From the NCBI GenBank assembly GCA_001938485.1, contig MQRK01181462.1, positions 19,998 through 69,299 of the forward strand: 49,302 bases of DNA, read 5' to 3'. Positions 12,072 to 24,185 of the stretch are shown piece after piece; positions within the stretch are counted from its first letter, which is position 1; every line of letters starts with the position of its first letter. Under the pieces are notes generated by a model that saw nothing but the letters and a program-made list of their open reading frames with translations, ran no database searches and was not told the origin of the DNA. Position numbers and translations under genes: made by a program. This stretch comes from Girardia tigrina. Lineage: Eukaryota.

Positions 12072-12710
12072 GTGAGATATGAGTGTCATTAAGAATCATC
12101 TGTGTATAAGTAAAACTGCAGTGATTTACGATTATTTATATTTTATTTATATTTGCACAATTTTGAGATTTCTAAAGATTATTGAGTGAATGCGAATAAT
12201 TTCGATTAATGTCAATGGGTACTAGTAATAATGAATGTTTATTCCACAAAGTTTTAATGTAGTATTAAGTATTAATTTTAAATTATGTTTCTAAATGTGT
12301 ATTAAATTCTTTTTTACTAGTCATACTATGCTACAAAAATTACTAAAGAAATAGATCCTTCGTCTTATTAATATATTTATCTCTATCCATATATTTTCAA
12401 ACATAAGCATGCCGCTTTGATGCCAACATCCTATGAAAATGAAATCATTGAAGCGTGCTTCATGGAAAAAACTAAAGAGTATTATGAAAACCTGGTACTT
12501 TCTATGCCTCAATTAATAACTGAGGTTTTGAAAGCTTAAGAATTTTGAAAGCTTTATAATTAATTTATCTTTCTTATTAATATGAGTACCAATTTTACAA
12601 TTATATGATACATTAAGTATAAATAATAAATATTTTATCATATTTGGTGATGTATTATGTAAATAAATGTTTTTGTTTCCCAAGTTTCATGTTTTATTTA
12701 TTAGTTTGAG

Positions 12711-12711
<1 letters not shown>

Positions 12712-12746
<35 letters not shown>
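12712..12746. repeat. (TA)n microsatellite
   Basis: Direct inspection. Confidence 0.95.
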
Positions 12747-12749
<3 letters not shown>

Positions 12750-14302
12750 TAACTAGATTTTATTGCTCAATGGTTGCTACAATGGAAGACAAAATCTGAA
12801 AATAAGACAGAAAACATGGAACTTATGAAGCAAAAGCATTTATTCAAAACATATAGATAAATCAATGAAAATTATATCACCAAACATTAAAATTATATAA
12901 AATTGTATTAAAATTATATCACTAAAATTATAATATAATCACAATTTTGATTCTTAATATGCCATAAAAATTTCTCAAGAAATAGATCCATAATTTTTTC
13001 AATCTATCGCAATTATGGAAAAAAATATAAACCATCAGATTTCGTAAATCATGTAAATATAAATGGGTGATATAAAGCACTCAGAAAAAATAGACTTTAC
13101 AAAACGAATTATTAAGTCAAAAAATAGTTTTTTACTATTTGAGTGACAAATTACGGGTTAAGTGATGTCTAAAAACCATATGAAAGAAAACATTCAATCA
13201 ATTGCCGCTGAAACTTGACTATTAATACTCGAAAAACATTGAAATTTTGAAAAGAAAGTCAATCCGATTGAAAGTCATTTACTCAATAATTAAGATGGAC
13301 ACTTGTTTTAGACTTAAACTAAGCTTATCAGCATTCATAAATAACTCTAATGATCTACACAGAGTCTACAAAAATATTTTTCCGAAGAAAATCATTCTAT
13401 TGATATTAAGAATGTTAAAGAGTTAATGGACGTATTATCAGACTTAAATTGAGAAAGATATAAATTAGTGATGCTATTTGGAACGGATTTACATGCACAA
13501 TATTTGATTAAACTAGCTTGATTCAACATGACATATTTCAGGTTAAATTGTGCCTACAAGATAGTTATAAAGTTCTGTAAAATTAACTTTGATAAATAAA
13601 ATCTATCGGAGGTAGGCTGCAGTGAGCTCGATCAGCTAAGCTTGGATTATTTCTTTAAAAATTGACGAATTTGTTTTAATATTAAAAATGAATAGTTTTA
13701 CAAAAAATTATATATTCGAAAATATATTTTATCGTTTTTTATTTACAAGTTATTGATTATAGTTAAATCAATATTAAAGTTTTAATTTATATCGGAAATT
13801 GATAATTTTACTAAAACTACACTTTAATAATTATACACATTTTATTAAAAAGAATATAATTATTACTAAAGTGTAAAATGAGATCTTTTTCATTAAAAAT
13901 ATAATACAATAGACATCAAAATATTAAAATGCATATGCTAAATTTATTACATCTGTAAAAGAAAATTATCAAAATTAAATAAAAATGACATTTCAATATT
14001 TATTAAGAATTTATTTTTATCACGTTTTGTTTTTCACAAAAAAAGCTTTATTCTTTATTTTCTAAATTTAGAAAAGAGAAAAATTTCTGTTAATCTCATT
14101 TTTATTCAGTCACATTGTTTTTAAAAATAAATTATGTTTATTTTTTTCTGTTATTTAAATTTATTTTTTTAGTAAAATTAAAAACGAATATTTCTCCATG
14201 TCATAGTTAATTTATGTTAAGATTTAATTTAGTTATAGATATTTTTTATCAATTTTTTTTGTTTAAATATAAGCCTTTAAAAAATAGGTAAATTGATAAA
14301 AA

Positions 14303-14305
<3 letters not shown>

Positions 14306-14335
<30 letters not shown>

Positions 14336-14385
14336 NNNNNNNNNNNNNNNNNNNNNNNNNNNNNNNNNNNNNNNNNNNNNNNNNN

Positions 14386-14424
<39 letters not shown>
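14306..14424. repeat. (TA)n microsatellite spanning gap 14336-14385
   Basis: Direct inspection. Confidence 0.95.
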
Positions 14425-14427
<3 letters not shown>

Positions 14428-15779
14428 AATTATTGTTTTAAAAATACGTTATATCAGATGTATAAAATGTATTAACTCACATTACAGTTTTATTTTATTT
14501 TCAGAAATAAAAAAGATTCGTTTCTTTTAAGATTCTCATGTGTAAATCTACAATAACTAAATATTGTCAATGTTGAAAAGTATATTCAAAAAGTCATATT
14601 GACAACAAATTTGATGTTTTTAAAAATATAAATGACAAAAAAACGTATTTTGTACATTTGAGATCTAAAACATATAATCGCGCTATTAAGAACACTAATA
14701 TGATTTCCAAAACTTTTATTGACATCACAACTTGAATTGCCTTCAGTAAAATTCTCCATAAACACTTCATAATTAGACATAGTTCTTGATTTATAAATAT
14801 TATTTTTATTTCTAAACCTCTTATTATTCAAAAATTTTAAATTAATATTTTAAAAATATTTTAATTCATTTTAAATACTTTATTTATGATTAATTAAGTC
14901 TTTATGTTACAATCCAATATTAAAATATTTAAAATCACTTTCAAATAGATTTTAAATATTTTAATTGAAATATTATCATAAATTTATTGATGAAAGTATA
15001 TTAATTTCATTTTAAAGTTGTTTTTTACATTTCGAAATTGTCCAAATAATTGGACGGTTCAAAATATTCAAAATATCAATCTTCCATCTGCGTGGGAGAA
15101 ACACAATTCTAAAAAAATATACCAAACAACATGCAATGAACACCATTTGAAAATATTCTTCATGATATGATTCAAAAATATATATTTTGATGAAAAACAT
15201 TTTTCCTTTAGACAATTAAAAAAAGAAATAAATCTTCAATATTGTCCAGAATTTCTAAATGCATCAATTTAAAACGCTTTCAGAAAATTAAGATTTTTAT
15301 TACTATTTGCTTTTAACAATTATAACATAATAAATATTTTAGATTTATTATTTTTAAATATTTTCTTTAAAACTAGCAAAATTTTCTAAAATCAAAAACA
15401 GTCTAACATTAAGAAATTAAAATTAGACAGTAACATATTTATTAGACGCAATTATTTAAATAACACATTTTCCAATTATCAAATAACAATTTTCTTTTCG
15501 AAAACAAACCTATTTTATATTTACAAATATTTTTTTTAAGAAAATCACGTTCTTTTAAATGAATAAAATGTGATCTTGTTCCGGTCGTAAATTTTCCGAT
15601 CAGTGTTGTTTATCATAATATCATAATAAGATTCAAATATTAATAAATTATTTGCATTTAACCGATTAAATATTTTCTTAAATATTTTACCAAATGATTA
15701 GGATATTTTTTTAAAACAATAATAAAAACTATTTTTAATTGAATTATCGTAATTGAATAATTAAGACAAAATTAATAAT

Positions 15780-15784
<5 letters not shown>

Positions 15785-15823
<39 letters not shown>
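15785..15823. repeat. (TA)n microsatellite
   Basis: Direct inspection. Confidence 0.95.
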
Positions 15824-15829
<6 letters not shown>

Positions 15830-16800
15830 TTTTATTGATCATACAAATAAAACATTATATGAACTTAAAACCTCATATATAGTTTTAGAAACACTGATAA
15901 ATATTTTAATAAAAGCTTTTTCAAAATATTAATTAATGATATTTTTGGTGTTTTCTTATATCGGAGCGATGTTGACAAGAGTATCATGAAAATCGAAAGC
16001 ATTAAAGAAGAGTCTTTATAGATAAGATCAAGGTTCTTTTAATCACATCCAAAGTGCAAAGTTTCCTCTCAAATAAATCGAAACCAGTCCATGAATTGCC
16101 AGCAAATTTGGTTTATCAATTTAATTGATACATGTGTCCACACTGGTATGGTAAATTGGAGAAATAAATCGTGTTCTCAAAATCCAGTTTAGTGAGCTTT
16201 TCCAATTTCGTCGATCGAGTAAAGTTTTTGATCGCTGGTTGTGTTGTAATTCTACAATGTCCTTCACTTCAAAATATGATTTTTTGTATTTCAAAAACTT
16301 TTTTTTCATAATTTTAATTATTAAAAGACTATAAACTAATAATTATTAATCAGAATTTAATTTATTTTAGGTTTCGTACTCATTAACTAAGCCTTTGCTT
16401 ATAACTGTTGTTTAATTTACTTTGCAATTAAATAAAATAGCATAAAAATGTTTAAGTAAATTATTATAAAATTAATTTTTATTTTTATTAATTTTTATGT
16501 ACATAATAAAAATAAAATTTAATTTGATTATTAGATTGATATCTCAAAACGCTTTATCTGAGTATACACACAGATAAAAGGTTTTGTAAAGGTTTACAAA
16601 ACTTTTATGGAAATATAATTAACCGAAATTTATTTTAATTAAAACTCAATAGGATAGTCAAGGAAAGACTTAAACAACTATATCACGAAATATGTCTGAG
16701 ACATCATAATTAAGTTACGCCACCGTAAGCACGTCAAAATAGAAAATATAATATCTTTTAATAATTAATACATATATTTACATTACAAGTTATAATTTAG

Positions 16801-16871
16801 TTAAGCGACTGTTGTCGGGCGGAGCCAGTCCTGATGTGTGCAATGAAGACGGATTGACTGCGTTACATCAG
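16801..16871 (+). CDS. PPP1R16A: PPP1R16A/B-like, coding exon 2 (ankyrin repeat)
   Basis: Acceptor TTTAG ends at 16800. In phase with exon 1 it reads (V)KRLLSGGASPDVCNEDGLTALHQ; NEDGLTALHQ is the MYPT3/TIMAP signature. Donor CAG|GTAATT, phase 0. Confidence 0.93.
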
Positions 16872-17884
16872 GTAATTACATGTTTTTTTATCACATGAAA
16901 AATACAATTTCATTATAGTTATACTAAAAAAAATATTTTTAGAGAAAAATTTTCATTAAAACGGATTATTTTTTTGCAATGAATTTCCTTAAAATAAATG
17001 AATAACAATTTTGAAAATTTAAAATCATTTAATGTTTCTTTAAGAAATTTGTTTTTGCAATTTTTTTTAATATCTAAAATATTTTTAATTATTTTTTTTA
17101 ATATTAAATTAGAGTTTTCCTTTAATTATGATGAACACACTCAATGTCCTAATTTTTGGAGTAGTAAAATTATTAACAACATATTAATTAAGTTAAAATA
17201 TTTTTTTTAAAAATCAAATTCTTTTAATATAAGTTTGATGAATTTTTATTAAATTACAATTTATTATTTTTAAAAAAAATATAACACTGAACAATTTTAA
17301 TAAGTAAAGTTTTTGTTAAATATTTGATTTGTATCAAATATTTCTGATAAATTAACGTAAAGAATCGAGAATTTTTTTCCACAGTTTAGTTTATTTTTTT
17401 TCCTAATTTATCAATTCTGGCTGATTTATTAAATATTTTAAAAATAACAATTTATTTATCACAACTTAATTAAAAGAAAATTTTCAATTTATGAATCCAT
17501 AAAACTTTAATTACAATTATTTTTTTTGAATTTTCATTATTTTTAGTCAACCTAAATTTTCGACAAATAGAAAGAAAATATTTTTTAAGTTGATTCACTT
17601 GGAATAATAATTGGACTATACTTTTTTACTAGTTACACTTTTATGTTTAAAATTTATAAATGTATAAAGTCAGGTAAAAATAGTTCCCATTTTAAAGGTG
17701 AACAGTCAAAAACAAAACAATATTTAAAACTTTATTGCATTATTGTTTTAAACAAATAGTTTTAGTTTTCACTAAAAAAGAATCTATTCTTACTTTAAAA
17801 ATTGTATACAAAATGAAGGCTTCCTGTTAGTTAATACTGTTGTAGACAATTTCTAACCTAACATTTAATATAACATTTATTAGT

Positions 17885-18279
17885 ATGGAAGAAGCAGTAA
17901 AATCTGAACGAGCAATCATCTATTTTCTCTGGAAGGAAGACACCCCCACTGCAGATATTGTGCACCGTTTACACCGCGTCTTTGGTGATGCTGCTATGGG
18001 AAGAACGGCTGTCTTTAAGTGGGTGCAACGATTCCAGACAGGACGTCAATCATTGGAGGTCAATCAGTCAAGTGCGTGGATTGCGGAGACACCGCGTATT
18101 TTCTTCGATAATGGTATTAGGAAGTTGACACAGAGATGGGAAAACAGTGTGAAACTGAATGGTGATTATATTGAAAAGTTCGATAGCGATCTGATGAGGA
18201 TTAATCAATTTTGTTAACTGGAATAAACTTTTGAATTTGTTGTTACTTATCAGTCCGCGAACTTTTGGGACACCCCTCA
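17885..18279 (+). mobile_element. Internally deleted mariner: open 110-aa ORF (HTH fused to C-terminal tail) plus 3' TIR
   Basis: ERAIIYFLWKE...VFKWVQRFQTGRQSLE is joined to FFDNGIRKLTQRWENSVKLNGDYIEK with no catalytic core. TIR-like end ...TTTGGGACACCCCTCA|TA. Confidence 0.85.
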
Positions 18280-18699
18280 TAGAAAGAATAGAGGAGTCGT
18301 TACAAGTAACACAGATCTATTTGAACACATTAAATCTTACGTTTGAAATCATTTACGACGGAGTTAATTAAAAAAGGCCATCATTTTTATTAAAAATGTA
18401 AATATAATACCCTAAAAATCACGAACAATCAAATTTTAGAAAATTTAGCATGTTTTTCATCATATATTTTGTTTGAATCTTGAAGTGAGCCATATCAGCT
18501 GTTAACAAATACAACACCAAATTCAGCGTTGTAAGTGCAATGTGAAGGTTTGAGTCAGATTAATCAAAAATGGTCATATAAAATATTAGAAAAAGAGAAA
18601 ATTGAAAGAAAATATTCTGTAGAGTCACCTAACCTTTTTGAGATCAAGTCCTGATCAGAGAAACTGCTTCAAGCTAACAGTATGCCTGACCGATCCGTA

Positions 18700-18950
18700 A
18701 GTATCGGAAAAAGACAAGAATTCCAATCATTTCCGTCTATCAAATGTTTAATAAACGAATGCATTTCAAGTATTTAAAGTATGTTTCAGTCCAAAATTTT
18801 CAGAAGCAGATCACAAGGTCAGAATTGATTGATGAAAAACGAAAACCAGAATCAATGAATGAACTTTATTTGGACATTTATTAACTCGCAAAAACTTGCG
18901 AAAATCCATATTCTCAAGATCAATTACAATATCTTTTTTCAAATGTCATG
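18700..18950 (+). mobile_element. Possible decayed retrotransposon gag remnant
   Basis: Degenerate KPESMNE...LAKTCE resembles the gag QxxxESxxE..LxxLAxxC pattern; many disruptions. Confidence 0.3.
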
Positions 18951-19439
18951 AAATGAGCAGTCATGAATGAAACGCATCAAATTGCTCAATTTTTCCAGAG
19001 AATGGCAAATTAATATTAAGAAGTATCTTAACATATTCTAAAATGAATTCTACCCCAGAAACTAGGGTGACTAAAGAGAGTCTGCCACTCGCAACAGAAG
19101 AACACATAATAAATTATAAGAGATTATCTGAATGAAATAGTTTCCTGTGACAATGTAGTGTGAAGTATAGTTCAATAAAAAGTGCAACTTATGCGTCCAC
19201 AAACTATATGTTAACCTAAAGAAGCGTTTCAGACTGTTTTTCAGTACATTGACTGTGAAATGTTTCGAAAGTTACACGCAAGATCTTTACCATAAATAAA
19301 GCTTTGTAATCAACTCGGAGGCATTCAAATCGATCCTTAAAATATCTACTTTACATTTATATTTCATATTAAAATATTTTTTTAAAAAATATTAAGCTTT
19401 AAATTAAAGGAATTTAAAAAATAATGGCAATTGATATTC

Positions 19440-19695
19440 ATTATTAAAAAGTGAACGCCATTTTTCACAATTTATTTTCTTAATTAATTTCGACGGATTA
19501 CCCGCCATCTTCAGACTAAATTAACACTGGCTTTTTGCAGCTTATATATGAGAAAGATGATTATGCAATCAATCATGTAATAAAGGCTCTATTTGAAAAT
19601 GTTTAACAGAGAAGTTGAGTGTGAAGCTTGGATATTAATTTTTGGATCCATGGATCTTATTAATAAGGCTTCACACGTTACTCTCTCCCAGTAAT
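19440..19695 (-). mobile_element. Penelope-like element 3' fragment (GIY-YIG C-terminus plus 3' UTR with degenerate hammerhead)
   Basis: Minus strand YWERVTCEALLIRSMDPKINIQ...IFK*, followed by CTGAAGA-t-ggcgg/gtaat/ccgtc-GAAA-ttaa-TT at about 19482-19514. Confidence 0.8.
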
Positions 19696-19939
19696 TTTTA
19701 AATCGAGGAAACATTCTTTAAATTAAAGGAAACATTCTGATTCGTGAATTTTGGGACACCCTGTAGGTATAATGTATGTTACAAAAGAAATAAAATAGAA
19801 ATAAACATTTTTGCATTTAGATATTACTTGAATGTATATATTTGATCATCAATGCAGTTATATACGGCTTAAATATTTTAGGGGATTCAAGATATTTTCA
19901 AAAGCATGATATTCAAATTTTACATGAACTTAAATGCAC

Positions 19940-20750
19940 CAATATCTATGACGAGCTCTAAGAACGTAATCAAAGCGACCCACCTTTGAAAAAAAAACTG
20001 ATAATCGGTGATCATAAATGGTGGTGATACAGAAAAGTTGTACACAAAAGGTCAAAGTAGAAGTCGGGTAATTTAATCGAAAAGCAGAAAATCACTAAAA
20101 GATTTTATGTTAGTATGATTGAATTACAAATACCTCCTCAGATAACAAATTACGCTAATGGATATTGTCAGTAACTATTAACCCTACAATGCGCCGTGAT
20201 TCATATTTGAATCAACCATATTTTACCTCAATATCTTTTAATCACGTGATATTCTATGAGTGTTTACATACTGTGAATCAAAAACATTGTCTATGGAATG
20301 ATAACTGCCCATAAAGTCATAGATGCAATATATTTTGTCAACAAATGACAGTTCAGTTTGTAATACTGGCCGCGTGTGTTGCATATATTTTGAAAAAATT
20401 GTGCATTGTAGGGTTAAAATAAGTCCTTAACGCAGAAGAAAGTGGAATTGATAATTCGTAGAAGTATTATCTTCCATCACCATACATCGTGGCCCTACGT
20501 TTCATTAGTCAGTCGACATAGAATTACTAAGACTTTCTTGGGATTTGCTGAGCATCATTCTTGTAGCTCCGATAAAGTAGCATCAAATGCTCATCTGATT
20601 TACTCTCTACCAAAACTCTTTTGCTGAGAAAACGTTTACCTCAGCAGACAGTGAATATAAAAACTTGAAAAAATTTTTTACTTAAAAAAGTTTAGAAGTT
20701 TTAGGATTTTGAATTATTATTGAAAAAAGGGTAAATATATGACGCATTAA
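19940..20750 (+). mobile_element. Heavily decayed mariner transposase
   Basis: LIIGDHKW; ELIIRRSIIFHHHTSWPYVSLVSR; HHSCSSDKVASNAHLIYSL (degenerate ITGDEKW, IFHHDNARPH, HPPYSPDLAPSDYHLF). Confidence 0.7.
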
Positions 20751-20929
20751 AATTTACTATTCGTAGAAAATAAGTAAAAAATTAAAAAAATATCGAAGAA
20801 CTTAATAAACTCTGTAACATTCTACTAAGAAATACGGTACAAGTTTTTTGAAAAGATAATAAAAATCATGAACATCTTTTTCAATTAAATAAACTTTAAT
20901 ATATTTAGAATACCTTTGTCCATATATTA

Positions 20930-21100
20930 TTAAAAGAAATTTTTATTCACCGATAATTCTTGCTTCTACCACCAAAAACTTCTTCAATTGGATAAATTCA
21001 AACAGAATAATGGTAAATGTTATGTTTTATTTATTTCCCTGCACACTCGACGATGTCCTGTTATAAAAATCGTATTTAAGTATTTAAAATTGTTTTATGT
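20930..21100 (-). mobile_element. IS630/Tc1-like catalytic remnant
   Basis: Degenerate IFITGHRRV and HLPLFCLNLSN..EVFG, resembling IFIMDNARIH and YLPPYSPxLNPIEE. Confidence 0.35.
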
Positions 21101-21701
21101 TTGTCCAAAAACAACTTTTATCAATGATAACCAAATGTTGTTAATCCCAATAAATCCAAAAAATACTTAGAAATTTATTAAAAATATTATTTAATTAAAT
21201 TTTATGAGTTCCATTTTTTTCCTTATTATTTTGTGAAAAATTTAATAAAAGTTCAAAACGTTACATCAAATAATACCATAAAGAAGGATAAATAAAATCC
21301 AGAAACACATTTGAATCATGCAGTCCCTTCCAGCAATATCTTTGTCGCAAAAACATGATGAATGTAAATTAACTTTAAATTAAGTTGACTAAAGTTTATT
21401 CCCTTTGGCATGTAGGGAAAGAATCTGACTGTCTTTGCAATTGTTAATGATAAAACTCGAATTGTCATCTCGACAAATGTCATTATTGAATGAAATATTA
21501 CCAGCTTTGTTTGGTTAGGAATGATAACACTGGGTATTTGGTTTTGAGAACATTGGATTAATGCTCCTTCTTATATATTTATCTTTATCAAATTAGTCAT
21601 ATTTATTATTCATTTTTAATATAAATTTTACTGTTGACTAAAGCTCTGATTCGTAAATCAATCAAGTTTGTTATAACATATCAGTTTTGATTCTTAAATA
21701 C

Positions 21702-21778
21702 TATATATATATATATATATATATATATNNNNNNNNNNNNNNNNNNNNNNNNNNNNNNNNNNNNNNNNNNNNNNNNNN

Positions 21779-21810
<32 letters not shown>
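21702..21810. repeat. (TA)n microsatellite spanning gap 21729-21778
   Basis: Direct inspection. Confidence 0.95.
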
Positions 21811-21812
<2 letters not shown>

Positions 21813-21850
21813 CGAAAATATAATTTGATTAAAGCTTTTGTTATATAATT

Positions 21851-21892
21851 ATTGGACATGTTTTGATGTTTACATACATCGTCATCAGCAAT
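21851..21892 (-). ncRNA. Minimal hammerhead ribozyme, G12A variant
   Basis: attg-CTGATGA-c-gatgt/atgtaa/acatc-AAAA-catg-TC-caat; GAAA core changed to AAAA. Confidence 0.75.
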
Positions 21893-22376
21893 TTTCGGAT
21901 GTTTAGTATATGAATATTGAATTGTTTGAATAATACAATTTTAACAAATATATTTACTTTAAAAGGTGACAAAGAAATTAAACATTATTATTTATGAAAA
22001 TATTATTAGGTAATAATGGCAAAAAGAATATTTTAATTAAAAATTTTAAGTATTGAAATAACCTTACTTTGCCCATTCTGAATGTTAATTGATTGGTTGT
22101 AGTGTCTTATTAATAGAGATTCACAAAACTGTCGTTCGTAATGTGAATCAAAACCCTTTTGTAGAACAGAAAACTCATCTTTTGAAATGGATGAGGTTCT
22201 ATCCTTACAACATAACCAATGATCAAGAACCTTGCTCGATCGACTCATTTGCGAGTGCTCGCTAATCCGGGTTTTGATATGACGATTTGTCTCTCCGATT
22301 TATATTTTAAAGTAAATATATCTGTTAAAATTGTATTATTCAAACAATTCAATATTCATATACTAAACATCCGAAA

Positions 22377-22418
22377 ATTGCTCATGATGATGTATGTAAA
22401 CATCGAAACATGTCCAAT
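22377..22418 (+). ncRNA. Minimal hammerhead ribozyme, G5C variant
   Basis: attg-CTCATGA-t-gatgt/atgtaa/acatc-GAAA-catg-TC-caat; CUGA core changed to CUCA. Confidence 0.75.
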
Positions 22419-22484
22419 AATTATATAAAAAAACTTTAATCAAATTATATTTTCGAAATACTAAACTTGCGTTCACAAGACTCA

Positions 22485-22636
22485 ATATATATATATATAT
22501 ATATATATNNNNNNNNNNNNNNNNNNNNNNNNNNNNNNNNNNNNNNNNNNNNNNNNNNNNNNNNNNNNNNNNNNNNNNNNNNNNNNNNNNNNNNNNNNNN
22601 NNNNNNNNNNTATTTAAAGGTTGATCAAAAATATAT

Positions 22637-22683
<47 letters not shown>
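22485..22683. repeat. (TA)n microsatellite(s) spanning gap 22509-22610
   Basis: Direct inspection. Confidence 0.9.
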
Positions 22684-22685
<2 letters not shown>

Positions 22686-24185
22686 GTTAATAAAAACTTT
22701 TTAATCTTGCTCAACTACATGAAATAATAATAAGCAAATAATTTGATATGATCTTTTTATCTTAAATAATAATTATTATGTAATGAGAAAAAGATATTTT
22801 TGATAACAAATATCAATTTTGAAGGAAATGTTGCTGAAAATTGATGGCGAGAAGGATTTCAGAACAAAAAACGTGTTATTTCGAAACCATTTTTAAATGA
22901 ATAGTCTGTTAATAAATCTTTGTAACACATACAATGTTTAAAGAATGAACTCATTAAACCGAATCGTTTCAATTAATATAATGTAATAATTATTTGACCT
23001 TTCATCCATGATTTGTATTTCTTAATTTTCAGATAATGTGATTGTTTGGTCGGTATTTAGAGATTAGACGATTAGACTTAATAACCTTCAGATAAAACAA
23101 AATTATACTAAAATTATTAAATAGCCCACATCGTATTAAGGAACACTGTAAGCTATAAAACAATTTAAAAACGTTTATATAAAAAATATAATAAAAATAT
23201 TTGAAAAAATAACAACTATGGATAAATACAATTAGACAACGTCTTCTTAACGTATGTTTGTTAACAGAATCTGGATGCACAAACTACATCCTCTCGTTAT
23301 TCCTTATTTTTACCAAAATTTCTAACCGATCTTCACACTTTGACCATTGAATATTTTTAAATCAATCTTTGTTTTCCAATATTTGATAAATTAGATGAAC
23401 AATTTTACTGAAATAAAATTAAAATAATAAAGAAATTGGATAGTTTATTTTTTATAGAAATTATTAAATTAATATTTTAATCTTGTACTATTTGTTCTGT
23501 AAATTTCTTGAAAATTTATCGCCTCCTCATGAGATTGTGAGCCAGACATTTTGCAGTCCTGATGACAGGCACTGCAGTCTATTATTAAAGATTTAGATAA
23601 AAATATCTTGATATCAATTATTTACTTTGAATTTTTTCTAAATCAGTTTTTGTAGATATAAATGATTTTGATGAGGTTTTTTTAAAGATCCAGTAACAAT
23701 ACCAAATGATACATCAGAAAAACCATTTAGTATTCGGTCACTTTCGTCATGAAGATCCGAAACTGATTACTAAATTTTTTTAATCATCATGGTTATCTGT
23801 TCTAAGTTTTCTATATTGTTTCACTATCATTCTTAGGGTTTCTATTCTTTAATAATAAAATTTCTTTATACTATGTTGTTTTCAAAAACAAGTTACGTTC
23901 CTCGATTCTGTATTGTGAAAATTCCTTTAAGATTTTTTCTTCAATACTTTTCAGATTTCTAACATTAGTTTATTTTGATCGAAGAGTTTGGAAGAATTCA
24001 CAAATATATTTATCTTACAAAAATTCTGAAACATTTGAGTCCACCAGTGCATTATCGATATTATTTGTGTCAATATTATGTGTAAAATCCATAGTCCCTG
24101 TAGAAAGGCTTGACTTTCAGCATAAGTTACAAGCGAGGTCGGAGAAATGGAAAGTCTATTTATATAATAATTCACAAGTAATATA

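Larger units (their letters stand above)
21809..22460 (-). mobile_element. 5'-truncated Penelope-like element with inverted partial pseudo-LTR, between (TA)n tracts
   Basis: Minus strand IGETNRHIKTRISEH...SKVLDH...RQFCESLLIRHYNQSINIQ (GIY-YIG endonuclease second half). Inverted repeats of about 156 bp at 21809-21964 and 22305-22460. Confidence 0.9.

Noticed and set aside
12950-13650. Possible Polinton polB relic
   Set aside because: Only vague motif echoes, not supportable by eye.
14293-14475. Short ORFs across (TA)n or N gaps and other I/F/L/K-rich ORFs
   Set aside because: Artefacts of microsatellites, gaps and AT-rich composition.
21851-22418. Trans-complementation of the G5C and G12A hammerheads in a heterodimer
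   Set aside because: In the dimeric fold G5 and G12 come from the same strand, and the two copies are on opposite DNA strands.
23552-23576. CTGATGA within hairpin TGCAGT-CCTG..CAGG-C-ACTGCA as a hammerhead
   Set aside because: No GAAA core or correct helix topology.
22900-24180. Possible piggyBac relic (VTGSLKKP, RGCSLC), also 25740-25810
   Set aside because: Too decayed; no TTAA/TIR boundaries found.
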